Assembly: GCA_963663225.1 (NCBI GenBank)
Contig: OY760142.1
Location: 3,104,001-3,168,000 of the forward strand
Length of the DNA stretch: 64,000 bases
DNA from: Nitrospirota bacterium
GTDB taxonomy: Bacteria; Nitrospirota; UBA9217
Direction of reading: 5' to 3'
The translations under genes and the position numbers were made by a program. Under the pieces are notes generated by a model. The model was not told where the DNA came from and searched no databases. It was given only the letters and a program-made list of their open reading frames with translations. Below are positions 48,638-56,549 of this stretch, in pieces. The number at the start of each line of letters is the position of its first letter. Position 1 is the stretch's first letter.

Positions 48638-48930
48638 ATGGTATACAAGCAGCTCAAAAATTAAATGATCATATATCCAAAATGCCCGATAATTTGCGGC
48701 TGCCCTTAGACGGGGCCGCTGATGTGGTGGATTATCCTGTGATACTCAAGTTGCCCCGGTGCGCTATAAGATTTATGGAGAGCCAATCAAAAACAATACC
48801 ACCCTCTTATTTAATTGAGGAGGCCATGTTGAATCAAATTTTAAACAACCCCATGTCGGCGGTTTTAATGCTAGCATGTTATGCGGAAAGCGAAGGTAAA
48901 AAGAAAAATGAAATGGACTCCGTTTCCTGA
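48634..48930 (+). CDS. Phage hypothetical protein
   Basis: ATGA overlap and SD GGAGG. Confidence 0.6.
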   Translation: MNGIQAAQKLNDHISKMPDNLRLPLDGAADVVDYPVILKLPRCAIRFMESQSKTIPPSYLIEEAMLNQILNNPMSAVLMLACYAESEGKKKNEMDSVS

Positions 48931-49303
48931 GTGCAACACGAAGCTGGCAAATAATCCGCCGCCGGCACAAGCGCCCTTCTTTCCCGGCAAGTTTTACAGC
49001 GACGGCGCAAACTCTGTGTATTGCTTCAAGGCAAGCTGGATAGAACGGCTGTCAATTCTCTTCTTCGGGCGCATTTGGCTTACGCTGCGGCTTGGTAAGG
49101 ACATCGCCCCGCCTATGCAGTTGCAGGGCAAGAAAACGATATTTGAGAAGCTAACAAAGCCCGAAAGTCCGCTGGTGGCAAAATCAGGCTGCCGAATATG
49201 CCACGGCACGGGCAGAGAGGGAAGATTTAACGGCAAGGATCTTCCCTGCCGGTGCTTGCGCCCGAAAGATGAGGTAATTGCGAAAGGGCATAAGGTGAAT
49301 TGA
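48908..49303 (+). CDS. Phage hypothetical protein with Zn-finger tail
   Basis: SWIERLSILFFGRIWL; CRICHGTG...CRC. Confidence 0.6.
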   Translation: MKWTPFPECNTKLANNPPPAQAPFFPGKFYSDGANSVYCFKASWIERLSILFFGRIWLTLRLGKDIAPPMQLQGKKTIFEKLTKPESPLVAKSGCRICHGTGREGRFNGKDLPCRCLRPKDEVIAKGHKVN

Positions 49304-49686
49304 TGTTTCACTTACCTGAAAAATACAGGTTAAAAAATTGTGGGCCCTGGTCGTCGAATAAATCGTTTGGAAATAATGGGGCCGCAGAAATACCGGGGCC
49401 TTGCGGCAGGACATTGTTATGCGTGTGTTCTGATGGTGCTGGATGGGAGCACGTTAGCATAAGCACGGAAAAGCATACCCCGAATTGGAAAGAGATGTGT
49501 TTTGTAAAGGATATTTTTTGGGATGATGAGGACACAGTAATACAATTTCATCCGCCAAAGTCAGATTATGCCAATATGCACCCTTATTGTTTGCACCTGT
49601 GGCGTCCTGTGGGTATAGGCTACCCGAGGCCGCACTATTCCCTTGTGGGACTGAAAGGAGAAAAACTAAAATGTCAACAACCGTAA
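49300..49686 (+). CDS. Conserved phage protein
   Basis: GWEHVSIS...PNWKEMCFVKDIFW...HPPKSDY.NMHPYCLHLW. Confidence 0.8.
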   Translation: MMFHLPEKYRLKNCGPWSSNKSFGNNGAAEIPGPCGRTLLCVCSDGAGWEHVSISTEKHTPNWKEMCFVKDIFWDDEDTVIQFHPPKSDYANMHPYCLHLWRPVGIGYPRPHYSLVGLKGEKLKCQQP

Positions 49687-50081
49687 TCCGTACGCTTAGT
49701 TGCGATTTGAGATATGCCGAAATACACAAATACGGCGAAGAGTTATCAAAAACCATCGAGAGCTTGGCCGAGGCAAACGACTTAAAGAAGGCCAGCGCAG
49801 CATATCACGCCGAAAAGATTGCTTCTCTTGAAAAGGACGTTCGCCAGCTGTCCAGAAAGATAAGCACGAAAAAAGAGGACCGTGAAGTTAAATGCGAGTG
49901 GCAATACCGTTGGGAAGAAGGAATGAAAGACTTGGTGCGCCTGGATACGTTTCAAATCATTGAAACCTTGCCGATATCGGACGCGGACCATCAAACCCGT
50001 TTAGAGCTCGAAAAGCCAGAAAATGACCTGCCGGACACGCCAGAGCCGGAAGGTGCGGCGGTCGAAAAAATACCCGAATAG
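49671..50081 (+). CDS. Phage hypothetical protein
   Basis: Start MSTTVIR with SD AAGGAG; coiled coil then EDREVKC...RLDT. Confidence 0.7.
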   Translation: MSTTVIRTLSCDLRYAEIHKYGEELSKTIESLAEANDLKKASAAYHAEKIASLEKDVRQLSRKISTKKEDREVKCEWQYRWEEGMKDLVRLDTFQIIETLPISDADHQTRLELEKPENDLPDTPEPEGAAVEKIPE

Positions 50082-50086
50082 GCGTA

Positions 50087-50115
50087 TTGACAAAGTATAT
50101 ACCTTATGATAACAT
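50087..50115 (+). promoter_or_regulatory. Sigma70-type promoter
   Basis: TTGACA-17bp-TAACAT with GTATATAC palindrome in the spacer. Confidence 0.65.
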
Positions 50116-50133
50116 CGGAGGTACGAAATCGAA

Positions 50134-50661
50134 ATGCCGGTATGCCCTAATTGTGGGGTTGAGTTTGACGAAAATAAAAAGCAAAGCATACCGTACGCAG
50201 AAATCATAGAGGACCTTAACGCGGTATGCAGATTTAAAGAGCGCGGAAAAAAGGGGTTTTCTCATAAATCAAGCTCTAACCAGCGTCTTATTAATGGGCG
50301 GTGGAAAGATGGGTATAGACTCGACGACTTTAAGGCGGTCCATAGAAATATGGCCGCCAAGTGGCTTGACGATCCCAAAATGGAACAGTTTCTACGACCG
50401 GTTACGCTGTACTGTGCCAGTAAGTTTGAGGGATATTTAAGTCTAAGCCTAAACTCTGACAAGAAGGCGGACATATTCACGGCGCTGTGTGATGCCATGG
50501 ATAAGAAAGAAGCTCCGAAAGATGAGATTGCCCGGAAGGTTGGTTTTATGATAGGATGGGACCGGGTAAAAAGTCTGCTGCAGTCCGAGGCCGGGCGCGA
50601 TGCCTTGAAAACTCCTTTTGACCGGGCATATAAAACGGTTATAGCGGAGATGGAAAAATGA
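50134..50661 (+). CDS. Phage replication-initiator-related protein (Phg_2220_C-like)
   Basis: LINGRWKDGY..DDFKAV...KW..DPKMEQFLRPVTLY..SKFEGYL. Confidence 0.75.
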   Translation: MPVCPNCGVEFDENKKQSIPYAEIIEDLNAVCRFKERGKKGFSHKSSSNQRLINGRWKDGYRLDDFKAVHRNMAAKWLDDPKMEQFLRPVTLYCASKFEGYLSLSLNSDKKADIFTALCDAMDKKEAPKDEIARKVGFMIGWDRVKSLLQSEAGRDALKTPFDRAYKTVIAEMEK

Positions 50662-51131
50662 ATATATTGGCTCTTGACCTTGCTACTCGGACCGGGTGGG
50701 CGCTCGAAGAGAACGGGCGGCGCGAATCCGGAGTGCAGGTTTTTGATGTTAAGCGCGGGGAATCTCCGGGTATGCGATTTGTTAGGTTTAATCGCTGGCT
50801 TGATGAAATGGCAAAAATAATCACAAGGCCATGCGTAGTCGTATTTGAGCAAGCGCATCACCGAGGAGGAGCGGCGACCGAATGTGCTGCGGGATTCTCT
50901 ACGAGAGTTCTTGAGTTCTGCGCGACACATGGATTCGAGCATTCATCTGTTCACACTCAAACGCTCAAGAAGTTCGCAACCGGATCCGGGCGCGGAGATA
51001 AAAGCGCCATGATTGCTGCGGCCAGGGTTAAGCTTGGATTTGCCGGCGACGACGACAACGAGGCCGATGCTCTTTGGCTTCTGGAATTCGCGAAAAAAGA
51101 GATTGTAGGGGGAGTGCCATGCCAAAGGTAG
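50658..51131 (+). CDS. RuvC-like Holliday junction resolvase
   Basis: ILALDLAT.TGWA, VVFE, TLKKFATG.G...KSAM, DDNEADA. Confidence 0.85.
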   Translation: MNILALDLATRTGWALEENGRRESGVQVFDVKRGESPGMRFVRFNRWLDEMAKIITRPCVVVFEQAHHRGGAATECAAGFSTRVLEFCATHGFEHSSVHTQTLKKFATGSGRGDKSAMIAAARVKLGFAGDDDNEADALWLLEFAKKEIVGGVPCQR

Positions 51132-51316
51132 TCAATGATGCAAAGAAGTCTTATATTTTAATCAAAGTTTCTCCGTCTGAAAAAGAGAGATTCGAAAAGC
51201 TGTCACGGCGTCTGAATGACGGAGAGGAAAACACCCTTTCCCGCACCATTCGGCAGCTGCTTCGGAAAAAATACCGCGAAACCTTCCCCGAGGAGTTCGA
51301 ACAATCCGGGGATTAG
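51119..51316 (+). CDS. Ribbon-helix-helix DNA-binding protein
   Basis: ILIKVSPSEKERFEKL...TLSRTIRQLL (beta-alpha-alpha). Confidence 0.7.
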   Translation: MPKVVNDAKKSYILIKVSPSEKERFEKLSRRLNDGEENTLSRTIRQLLRKKYRETFPEEFEQSGD

Positions 51317-51330
51317 TCCCCGGATTTTAT
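51303..51330. terminator. Terminator between convergent operons
   Basis: AATCCGGGGA-ttag-TCCCCGGATT-TT. Confidence 0.75.
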
Positions 51331-51770
51331 TCTGTGACCTTTGAAGGTAGATAGCCAAGTTTTCCGCGCAACTCATTAATCCCCTGTATTTTCCTCTGCT
51401 GCGAGCTCAACCAATTACCGTTTAAACGATACCCAAGTTGAGCAACAATAGCCTCTGATCTTGCATCGAGAAACAGCACTTGATAGCTTGCAAGATAAGG
51501 CGACAAATCCCAGGACTTAACGAAGGAATATTTTACAAGCATATCTGCCGGCAAAGGCTTTTCTGGTGGTTTTTTGTTATAAACCTGAAATCCCATGTCG
51601 CCCAGCTCGCTGATCAGAAATGTTCCTATATTAAATTCATCTTCCGGGGCCATCTCAATGTAGGCGTTTTTGTAAGACTTGAAATCTCTGTCAGGCATAA
51701 CCAGCGCATTATTTACAGCACAACCAGAAAAGAAGAAGAGGAAAAAAACAAGGCAGGATAATCTTTTCAT
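51327..51770 (-). CDS. Lipoprotein (moron-like)
   Basis: Lipobox FSG-C; last gene of the leftward operon. Confidence 0.75.
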   Translation of the reverse strand: MKRLSCLVFFLFFFSGCAVNNALVMPDRDFKSYKNAYIEMAPEDEFNIGTFLISELGDMGFQVYNKKPPEKPLPADMLVKYSFVKSWDLSPYLASYQVLFLDARSEAIVAQLGYRLNGNWLSSQQRKIQGINELRGKLGYLPSKVTE

Positions 51771-51795
51771 ATAAACCCCCTTTAGTGAGGAGGCG

Positions 51796-52137
51796 CTAAC
51801 CTCCCCTTGAAAGTCTATGCCGAGATATCCATAGTTTGACTTTAGTTATTGGTAAAGTAAAGTGCTCTGGAAGTGGTGCAATTATATCATTCTTAAATTC
51901 CTGATGCAAGCGCAAAGCATCCCCTTCGTCAAGGCCCATATCTAAAAGTATGGCAAGGGCCAGCTGCGCGGGACCGCTGCCGCCATATCCCCAGGCAAAC
52001 CCGTCCGGGCTGTGATTAAACGCCTTCTGACTTGGCCGCGGGTCCAAGTTGCGACCGCGGATCACCCGGCGCGTGTCTGGCTCTCCGTGATACGCTTCGG
52101 GCGGTTTAGGGTATTCTGATCCAAGTATTGTCGTCAT
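51796..52137 (-). CDS. DUF6166-like phage protein
   Basis: NHSPDGFAWGYGGSGPAQLALAIL. Confidence 0.8.
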   Translation of the reverse strand: MTTILGSEYPKPPEAYHGEPDTRRVIRGRNLDPRPSQKAFNHSPDGFAWGYGGSGPAQLALAILLDMGLDEGDALRLHQEFKNDIIAPLPEHFTLPITKVKLWISRHRLSRGG

Positions 52138-52370
52138 AGTTTTATTTCCTCCTGCCTCGGTACAATCTTTGCGATGATAGACGGGTCAGCCTCGATCATT
52201 TCAATCGTGTTCTTTTTCGCCTGTTCAAACCCTTTTCCGTGGTTCTTACCGCCGCATATACACCGGCACTTGTCATGCTTGGCATTATAGCACGTTGCAT
52301 CACATCTACGCGTACTTCCATTGCTGTTGTGATTTATTATAAGAGTAGCCATTATTTCACCTCCTCCCAT
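52134..52370 (-). CDS. Small Cys-rich phage protein
   Basis: CDATCYNA...CRCICGGKNHG. Confidence 0.7.
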   Translation of the reverse strand: MGGGEIMATLIINHNSNGSTRRCDATCYNAKHDKCRCICGGKNHGKGFEQAKKNTIEMIEADPSIIAKIVPRQEEIKL

Positions 52371-52372
52371 TA

Positions 52373-52795
52373 TTAAAATCTGAAACCAACTCCAATTTGA
52401 TAGTTTCGATAAACCTGATTTGCTTCAATCCCTATCCATACAGCTTGCCATACCTGCCGCGCCGGGATCTTCACGCCGAGGAATTCAATCTTTTTCGGCA
52501 GCGCGTACGCAATTGCAGCGTGGCCCACAATAGCAAGGGCAAAATAAGTGTTCACCCTGCCCTTGCTTGGATACCGGCCAAGTATAGGGTTTGTTTCTGC
52601 ATAGCAAACATGGCGCGATGGCTCAATTTTTCTGTGGTACTGTGTCGCCCAGGATGTTTGGCCCCAATCAACGACGATCAGCCCAATTGTGACCGCTTCT
52701 CCAATTGTGTCTACTGCGTCCCATTTGTCCGGCCATGCTTCCGCGCTGGCTGCGAGTCCGAGAGTTAATAAAATTGCAAGAGTTATATTTTTCAT
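52373..52795 (-). CDS. Exported/envelope phage protein immediately downstream of the hammerhead
   Basis: Signal peptide (AEA-W), DWGQT...ETNPILG, C-terminal GVGFRF. Confidence 0.75.
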   Translation of the reverse strand: MKNITLAILLTLGLAASAEAWPDKWDAVDTIGEAVTIGLIVVDWGQTSWATQYHRKIEPSRHVCYAETNPILGRYPSKGRVNTYFALAIVGHAAIAYALPKKIEFLGVKIPARQVWQAVWIGIEANQVYRNYQIGVGFRF

Positions 52796-52800
52796 TTTCG

Positions 52801-52857
52801 GGCCTCCTCAGTTGCCGCATGACGACAAGACGGGGTCAGCTGCGCCCCGTTTCGGCC
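52801..52857 (-). ncRNA. Type II hammerhead ribozyme
   Basis: Minus strand GGCC-GAAA-CGGGG(cgcagcuga)CCCCG-UC^UUGUCG(ucaug)CGGCAA-CUGAGGA-GGCC: all core nucleotides and three stems present; GUC cleavage site between 52829 and 52828. Confidence 0.88.
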
Positions 52858-52858
52858 T

Positions 52859-53230
52859 TTAATATTCTTCCGGCAGCATGATCGTAAAACCTTCATATTC
52901 GCTGAATACCAGCCACATTTTTTTTGTAACACCCTTCCCCGGAGATGTTTGATAAATTACCCTGAATTCAACAAGGCGCTTGTCTCCCTTGTCTTTTCTG
53001 AAAGCGTGTGCAGCCATATATAGAGTGTCCCAAAGTCTCCCCTTGTAATCCTGCATACCCCTGAGCGATTCGGGGACGTTAACAAGCGAGTGAACGCCAC
53101 AGGTCAGACAAATAGGAATTTTAAAACCGGCTTCTTTCGCTTCGCTCGTTTCGGATACGTCAATCAGTTGTCCGTCCTCAATAGCCTGTTTTCTGGTATA
53201 GGTGCTTATGACTTCTGAATTTTGAAACAT
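52859..53230 (-). CDS. DUF6573-like phage protein
   Basis: Likely start MFQNSEVISTYTRKQAIEDG...GRLWD...TIMLPEEY; SD AAGGAGG. Confidence 0.75.
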   Translation of the reverse strand: MFQNSEVISTYTRKQAIEDGQLIDVSETSEAKEAGFKIPICLTCGVHSLVNVPESLRGMQDYKGRLWDTLYMAAHAFRKDKGDKRLVEFRVIYQTSPGKGVTKKMWLVFSEYEGFTIMLPEEY

Positions 53231-53247
53231 ATCTATCCTCCTTTCAG

Positions 53248-53463
53248 TTAAGGAATATAAACACATCCCTCAACGAAAAAATTGGTTACGTCTGATTCCT
53301 GCGCCCGTTGGCTATTCATCCAGCGTACGCTTCCGGGCTCGCAGCGCCGGTGCCGGTATTTGTCTTGCCCGATGTATACCGGCTCACCGGTGATTTTGTG
53401 GCTGCAAACATAGCAGACTTGCAGCGTTCGGCGTTCTTTGGGTTCGTCAAGTTTGCGCCTCAT
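53248..53463 (-). CDS. Small Zn-binding phage protein
   Basis: CYVC...HRRC; purine-rich SD. Confidence 0.55.
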   Translation of the reverse strand: MRRKLDEPKERRTLQVCYVCSHKITGEPVYIGQDKYRHRRCEPGSVRWMNSQRAQESDVTNFFVEGCVYIP

Positions 53464-53477
53464 CGTAATTTCCCCCC

Positions 53478-53690
53478 TTAATAAATGAAAGTCGCGCCGG
53501 ACTGCGCCTCTTCGATTTTTGCTTCTCGTTCTCGTCGTGACAAACCTTCTTCTTTCATATCGTCTTCGTCAAGCAATACCACGCTCAGGTTGATCTTAGA
53601 TAATGCCTTGTTCACGGTTGAATCTACGGAAACAGCACGTAAACATCCGCCCTCAATGTGCACGTATATCTTACCCACCTTCTTTGCCAT
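53478..53690 (-). CDS. Phage hypothetical protein
   Basis: IYVHIEGG...LLDED; SD AAGGAGG. Confidence 0.7.
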   Translation of the reverse strand: MAKKVGKIYVHIEGGCLRAVSVDSTVNKALSKINLSVVLLDEDDMKEEGLSRREREAKIEEAQSGATFIY

Positions 53691-53758
53691 GTCCCTGCCC
53701 TCCTTTGCCGGATTAACTGCTTTATGAGCGCCCCGATGATCGGAGCGCCGAAAAGAAG

Positions 53759-53899
53759 TTAATACATGGTTTTATCCTCCTTTTCTTCCATTTCTTCATG
53801 ATCTGCGAAAACTTCAAGCATGCCTTGAAGTGCAGAGCATAGGGCCGCCGCTGCATCCTTCAAGATGGCTTCTTTGTTTATCCTCCTGCTTTTTAACAT
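53759..53899 (-). CDS. 46-aa phage hypothetical protein
   Basis: Manual translation MLKSRRINKEA...EDKTMY*; SD GAGGAG. Confidence 0.45.
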   Translation of the reverse strand: MLKSRRINKEAILKDAAAALCSALQGMLEVFADHEEMEEKEDKTMY

Positions 53900-54091
53900 G
53901 GGCTTTTGTCTCCTCTCTTTGAATTGTCGCTTTAATAATCCTGTCTATCTCTGCGATGCGTCCGGGGCTTATCATGGCAGCACCATGCGAAAAACTATAC
54001 TGTTTATCAAGTTGTCGATCTGCTGCGCTATCCAGTACAAAACCCCGCCAATGATGCCGATTAAAATAAAAGCTGTTGAGTGGTTCATGGC

Positions 54092-54289
54092 TTAACCCTC
54101 CTGCTTTTCTGCTGCGTGGTGCATTTCGCTGTCTTGTACGGCTCCGTCAAAGTCTATGCCTGCCCGGTCGCAGTAGTGCCGCAGGTCAGCCAGCAAATCA
54201 GTAACATTGGCTTCTGGTACGTCCTCATAGAATGTCAAAGCGTTTTCTGCTCTGGTTGCTCGTTCTTCATTGGATACTGTGAGCTTCAT
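54092..54289 (-). CDS. Phage hypothetical protein
   Basis: NEERATRA...TDLLADLRHYCD..GIDF. Confidence 0.7.
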   Translation of the reverse strand: MKLTVSNEERATRAENALTFYEDVPEANVTDLLADLRHYCDRAGIDFDGAVQDSEMHHAAEKQEG

Positions 54290-54369
54290 ACTGTCCCCTT
54301 TCTCCTGCCGGATTTAAAAGCACTCTATAAAGCGCCGGGGCTGCATAGTCCGGCGCTCAAACAATGGTT

Positions 54370-54930
54370 TTACCAGCTTGAGTGATAGGAATAGTCAACC
54401 CTGCTGTCGTCTGGTTCGGACAATGCGGACTCAAGGATTTTGATTGTGTCGTCGATATCCTGTATATAGTATTCGTCGTACTCTGTGGAACCGAAGAAAA
54501 AGCCTGATTCTGTTGGCAGTAGTGCTGCGGCTATTTCCGGGTTACTCAAGATTTTTCCGGGCTCATAATGGTGTACTTTTTCTCCCTTTTCATCAAACGT
54601 GTACCCGGTTGAAACCGGCCCGTCAATAAGCGTGGTTTTCTCTTTTATTTCTTTGCAAATATCGAGAAGAGATTGCAATTGCTCCCTTGACACATAAGCA
54701 TCCCGGCAGTCGTCCTCTCCGCTCTGACAGTTCGCAACAAACCACTTGTGAATATGGTTAGCCTTGCACCAATAGCCGATATCTTCCGAAATCTCTTTGA
54801 TACGTTCTGCCTTTATGTGTCCTACAGGCGTATCATTCTGTAAAACGGTTACGGTGTGGCGTTCTTCTGGCTTCATGTAATCCCAATTTTTAACGTAGGT
54901 TTTTTTGGTCAGGTACATATCAAGTCCCAT
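54370..54930 (-). CDS. Conserved phage early protein
   Basis: MGLDMYL...YWCKANHIHKWFV...LLPTESGFFFGS.EYDEYY...YHSSW. Confidence 0.85.
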   Translation of the reverse strand: MGLDMYLTKKTYVKNWDYMKPEERHTVTVLQNDTPVGHIKAERIKEISEDIGYWCKANHIHKWFVANCQSGEDDCRDAYVSREQLQSLLDICKEIKEKTTLIDGPVSTGYTFDEKGEKVHHYEPGKILSNPEIAAALLPTESGFFFGSTEYDEYYIQDIDDTIKILESALSEPDDSRVDYSYHSSW

Positions 54931-54953
54931 GTTATTTGTCTCCCTTCTATGGT

Positions 54954-55124
54954 TTACGCTCCGGATTTAACGGATACGGTTAATCTTGCCGGCGGGTTGG
55001 CGCCCAGGGCATACTTCTTGACGTACAGCGTCCCGATCTTCGGTTGTATAGTGTCCTCCTCCTCATAAACGTATGTGCCCTTGGTTTCCTTCTTCAGCTT
55101 GAAAGTCGTCGTAAAGTCTGCCAT
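54954..55124 (-). CDS. 56-aa phage hypothetical protein
   Basis: Manual translation MADFTTTFKLKKETKGTYVYEE...TLYVKKYALG...; SD GGGAGG. Confidence 0.65.
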   Translation of the reverse strand: MADFTTTFKLKKETKGTYVYEEEDTIQPKIGTLYVKKYALGANPPARLTVSVKSGA

Positions 55125-55160
55125 GGTGCGCCTCCCCTTTTCTTTGGTCTGTGTTTGTGT

Positions 55161-55466
55161 TTATGCTGCTGCCGTTACTGCCTTGATGCCGCCCTTTTCC
55201 CGCTGGTAAATAAGCCACTCGTAAGCCGTAGGTTCCTTGATGTGCAGAACCATGGCTAAAATAGCCGCTGCATCCGCAAGCGTAATGTTGTGCGCCTTCA
55301 TCGCAACACTCGCAAAGCGTACCATTGCTGATTTGCCCGGTACTTTCGCAAAGCGATATGCGGTGATCAGGTCAAGGCGAGAGTACAAAGAGCGCTGGTA
55401 CCGGAGCAATCGCAGCGTGTAGCCTTTTGTTGCCAGCAATCCGAGATTCTTTCCTGTTATGGCCAT
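55161..55466 (-). CDS. First gene of the leftward operon, hypothetical
   Basis: SD AGGAGGTGA, downstream of a consensus promoter. Confidence 0.7.
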   Translation of the reverse strand: MAITGKNLGLLATKGYTLRLLRYQRSLYSRLDLITAYRFAKVPGKSAMVRFASVAMKAHNITLADAAAILAMVLHIKEPTAYEWLIYQREKGGIKAVTAAA

Positions 55467-55528
55467 AAGCGTTTATTCACCTCCTTTCTTTACTATATTA
55501 CTATATCGTTATTACATTGTTAATATAT

Positions 55529-55556
55529 ATTATAATAAGGTATATACCATTGTCAA
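55529..55556 (-). promoter_or_regulatory. Consensus sigma70 promoter of the leftward operon
   Basis: Minus strand TTGACA-16bp-TATAAT with GGTATATACC palindrome in the spacer. Confidence 0.75.
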
Positions 55557-55939
55557 GTAAAAAAATAGCAGAGAGTGCAAATATATTTCTGCAACAATCT
55601 GCTTTTTGGCATAGAATATGCAATATATCTATATATATATAAATATATGTAAATATATCTATTTACTTATATATAGATATAAATAAATAAGAATCTTTAA
55701 AATCTTTATAATAATAGATACACACCTTTTTCTTTTGCTTCTTTTCTTTTTAAAAAGGTGAAGGTGCAATTATTGATGCTGCCGATCTGAAGCGGTATAA
55801 ATCGGAATGACTAAAACAGGGAATCCAGAGGATAGAGGGAAACCCATTATTCAAGAGCTTTTCTCGTATGCGTATGAAACAAGCACGGCAAAAAGGCATA
55901 TAAAAACAATGTGTTGTATAAGTATCTGATAACATAACA

Positions 55940-55967
55940 ATGTCGCAGAATGTAGATTATGTCAAAT
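55940..55967 (+). other. dif-like (XerC/XerD) site 1
   Basis: ATGTCGCAGAA-TGTAGA-TTATGTCAAAT, 11-6-11, compared with E. coli dif GGTGCGCATAA-TGTATA-TTATGTTAAAT. Confidence 0.7.
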
Positions 55968-56001
55968 ACTAACATATTGATATATAAAGAAATGTTCACC
56001 A

Positions 56002-56029
56002 TTTCTACACAATAAATATTATGTCAAAT
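56002..56029 (+). other. dif-like site 2
   Basis: TTTCTACACAA-TAAATA-TTATGTCAAAT; XerD arm identical to site 1, direct orientation, 62 bp offset. Confidence 0.55.
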
Positions 56030-56345
56030 GCAACAATATGCAAAACAGGTATAAAAGTGTTGCAAAATAGACACACTTTCGATCTGGATTGACCTTAAAA
56101 TGGTCAGATATCGGCTTCCAGGCCAAAGACCCCCCCTACCCCCGCCCCTCACGCTTCCGGAGTCCCCCCTATTTTCGATTTTCCTCCCATACCATGAGTG
56201 TTTCCATTAAATAATACTTTGGTATCAAATTTGAGGCCTTTCCGTTCGAATTCCGGGGGTGTCTGTTTTTGAAATTTTTTTCCCGGAAAAATTCCATGGG
56301 GTTTTTGGGGTGGATAATTAAATTCCATTTTGTAATACTTTAGTA

Positions 56346-56524
56346 TTGACATTTGGAAAAAACGTGGTAGAGTTTGAAATGTCGGCAGGACAGGACGGTT
56401 TCATCATCTTTGACATATCAGCATTGGCATTTTTGGTTTCGGCGCACCAGCCGAATTGAAAGGCCGCCTGTAAATTGGTCCTCATCCTGCCGGATTGAAG
56501 ATTTAAACAGGCGGCTTTTCTTAT
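56346..56524 (+). promoter_or_regulatory. Rightward promoter plus attenuator-like leader
   Basis: TTGACA-16bp-TAGAGT (extended -10 TG), then a leader ending in AAAGGCCGCCTGT...ACAGGCGGCTTTT. Confidence 0.65.
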
Positions 56525-56549
56525 TTGAACGAATGAGGAGGACGGCACA

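Noticed and set aside
53759-53780. bar-like minigene ATG-TAT-TAA after GGAGG on the minus strand
   Set aside because: It is simply the in-frame end of the 46-aa ORF 53759-53899.
54961-54972. Third copy of the AATCCGG motif
   Set aside because: It lies inside the coding sequence of ORF 54954-55124 and has no comparable long hairpin.
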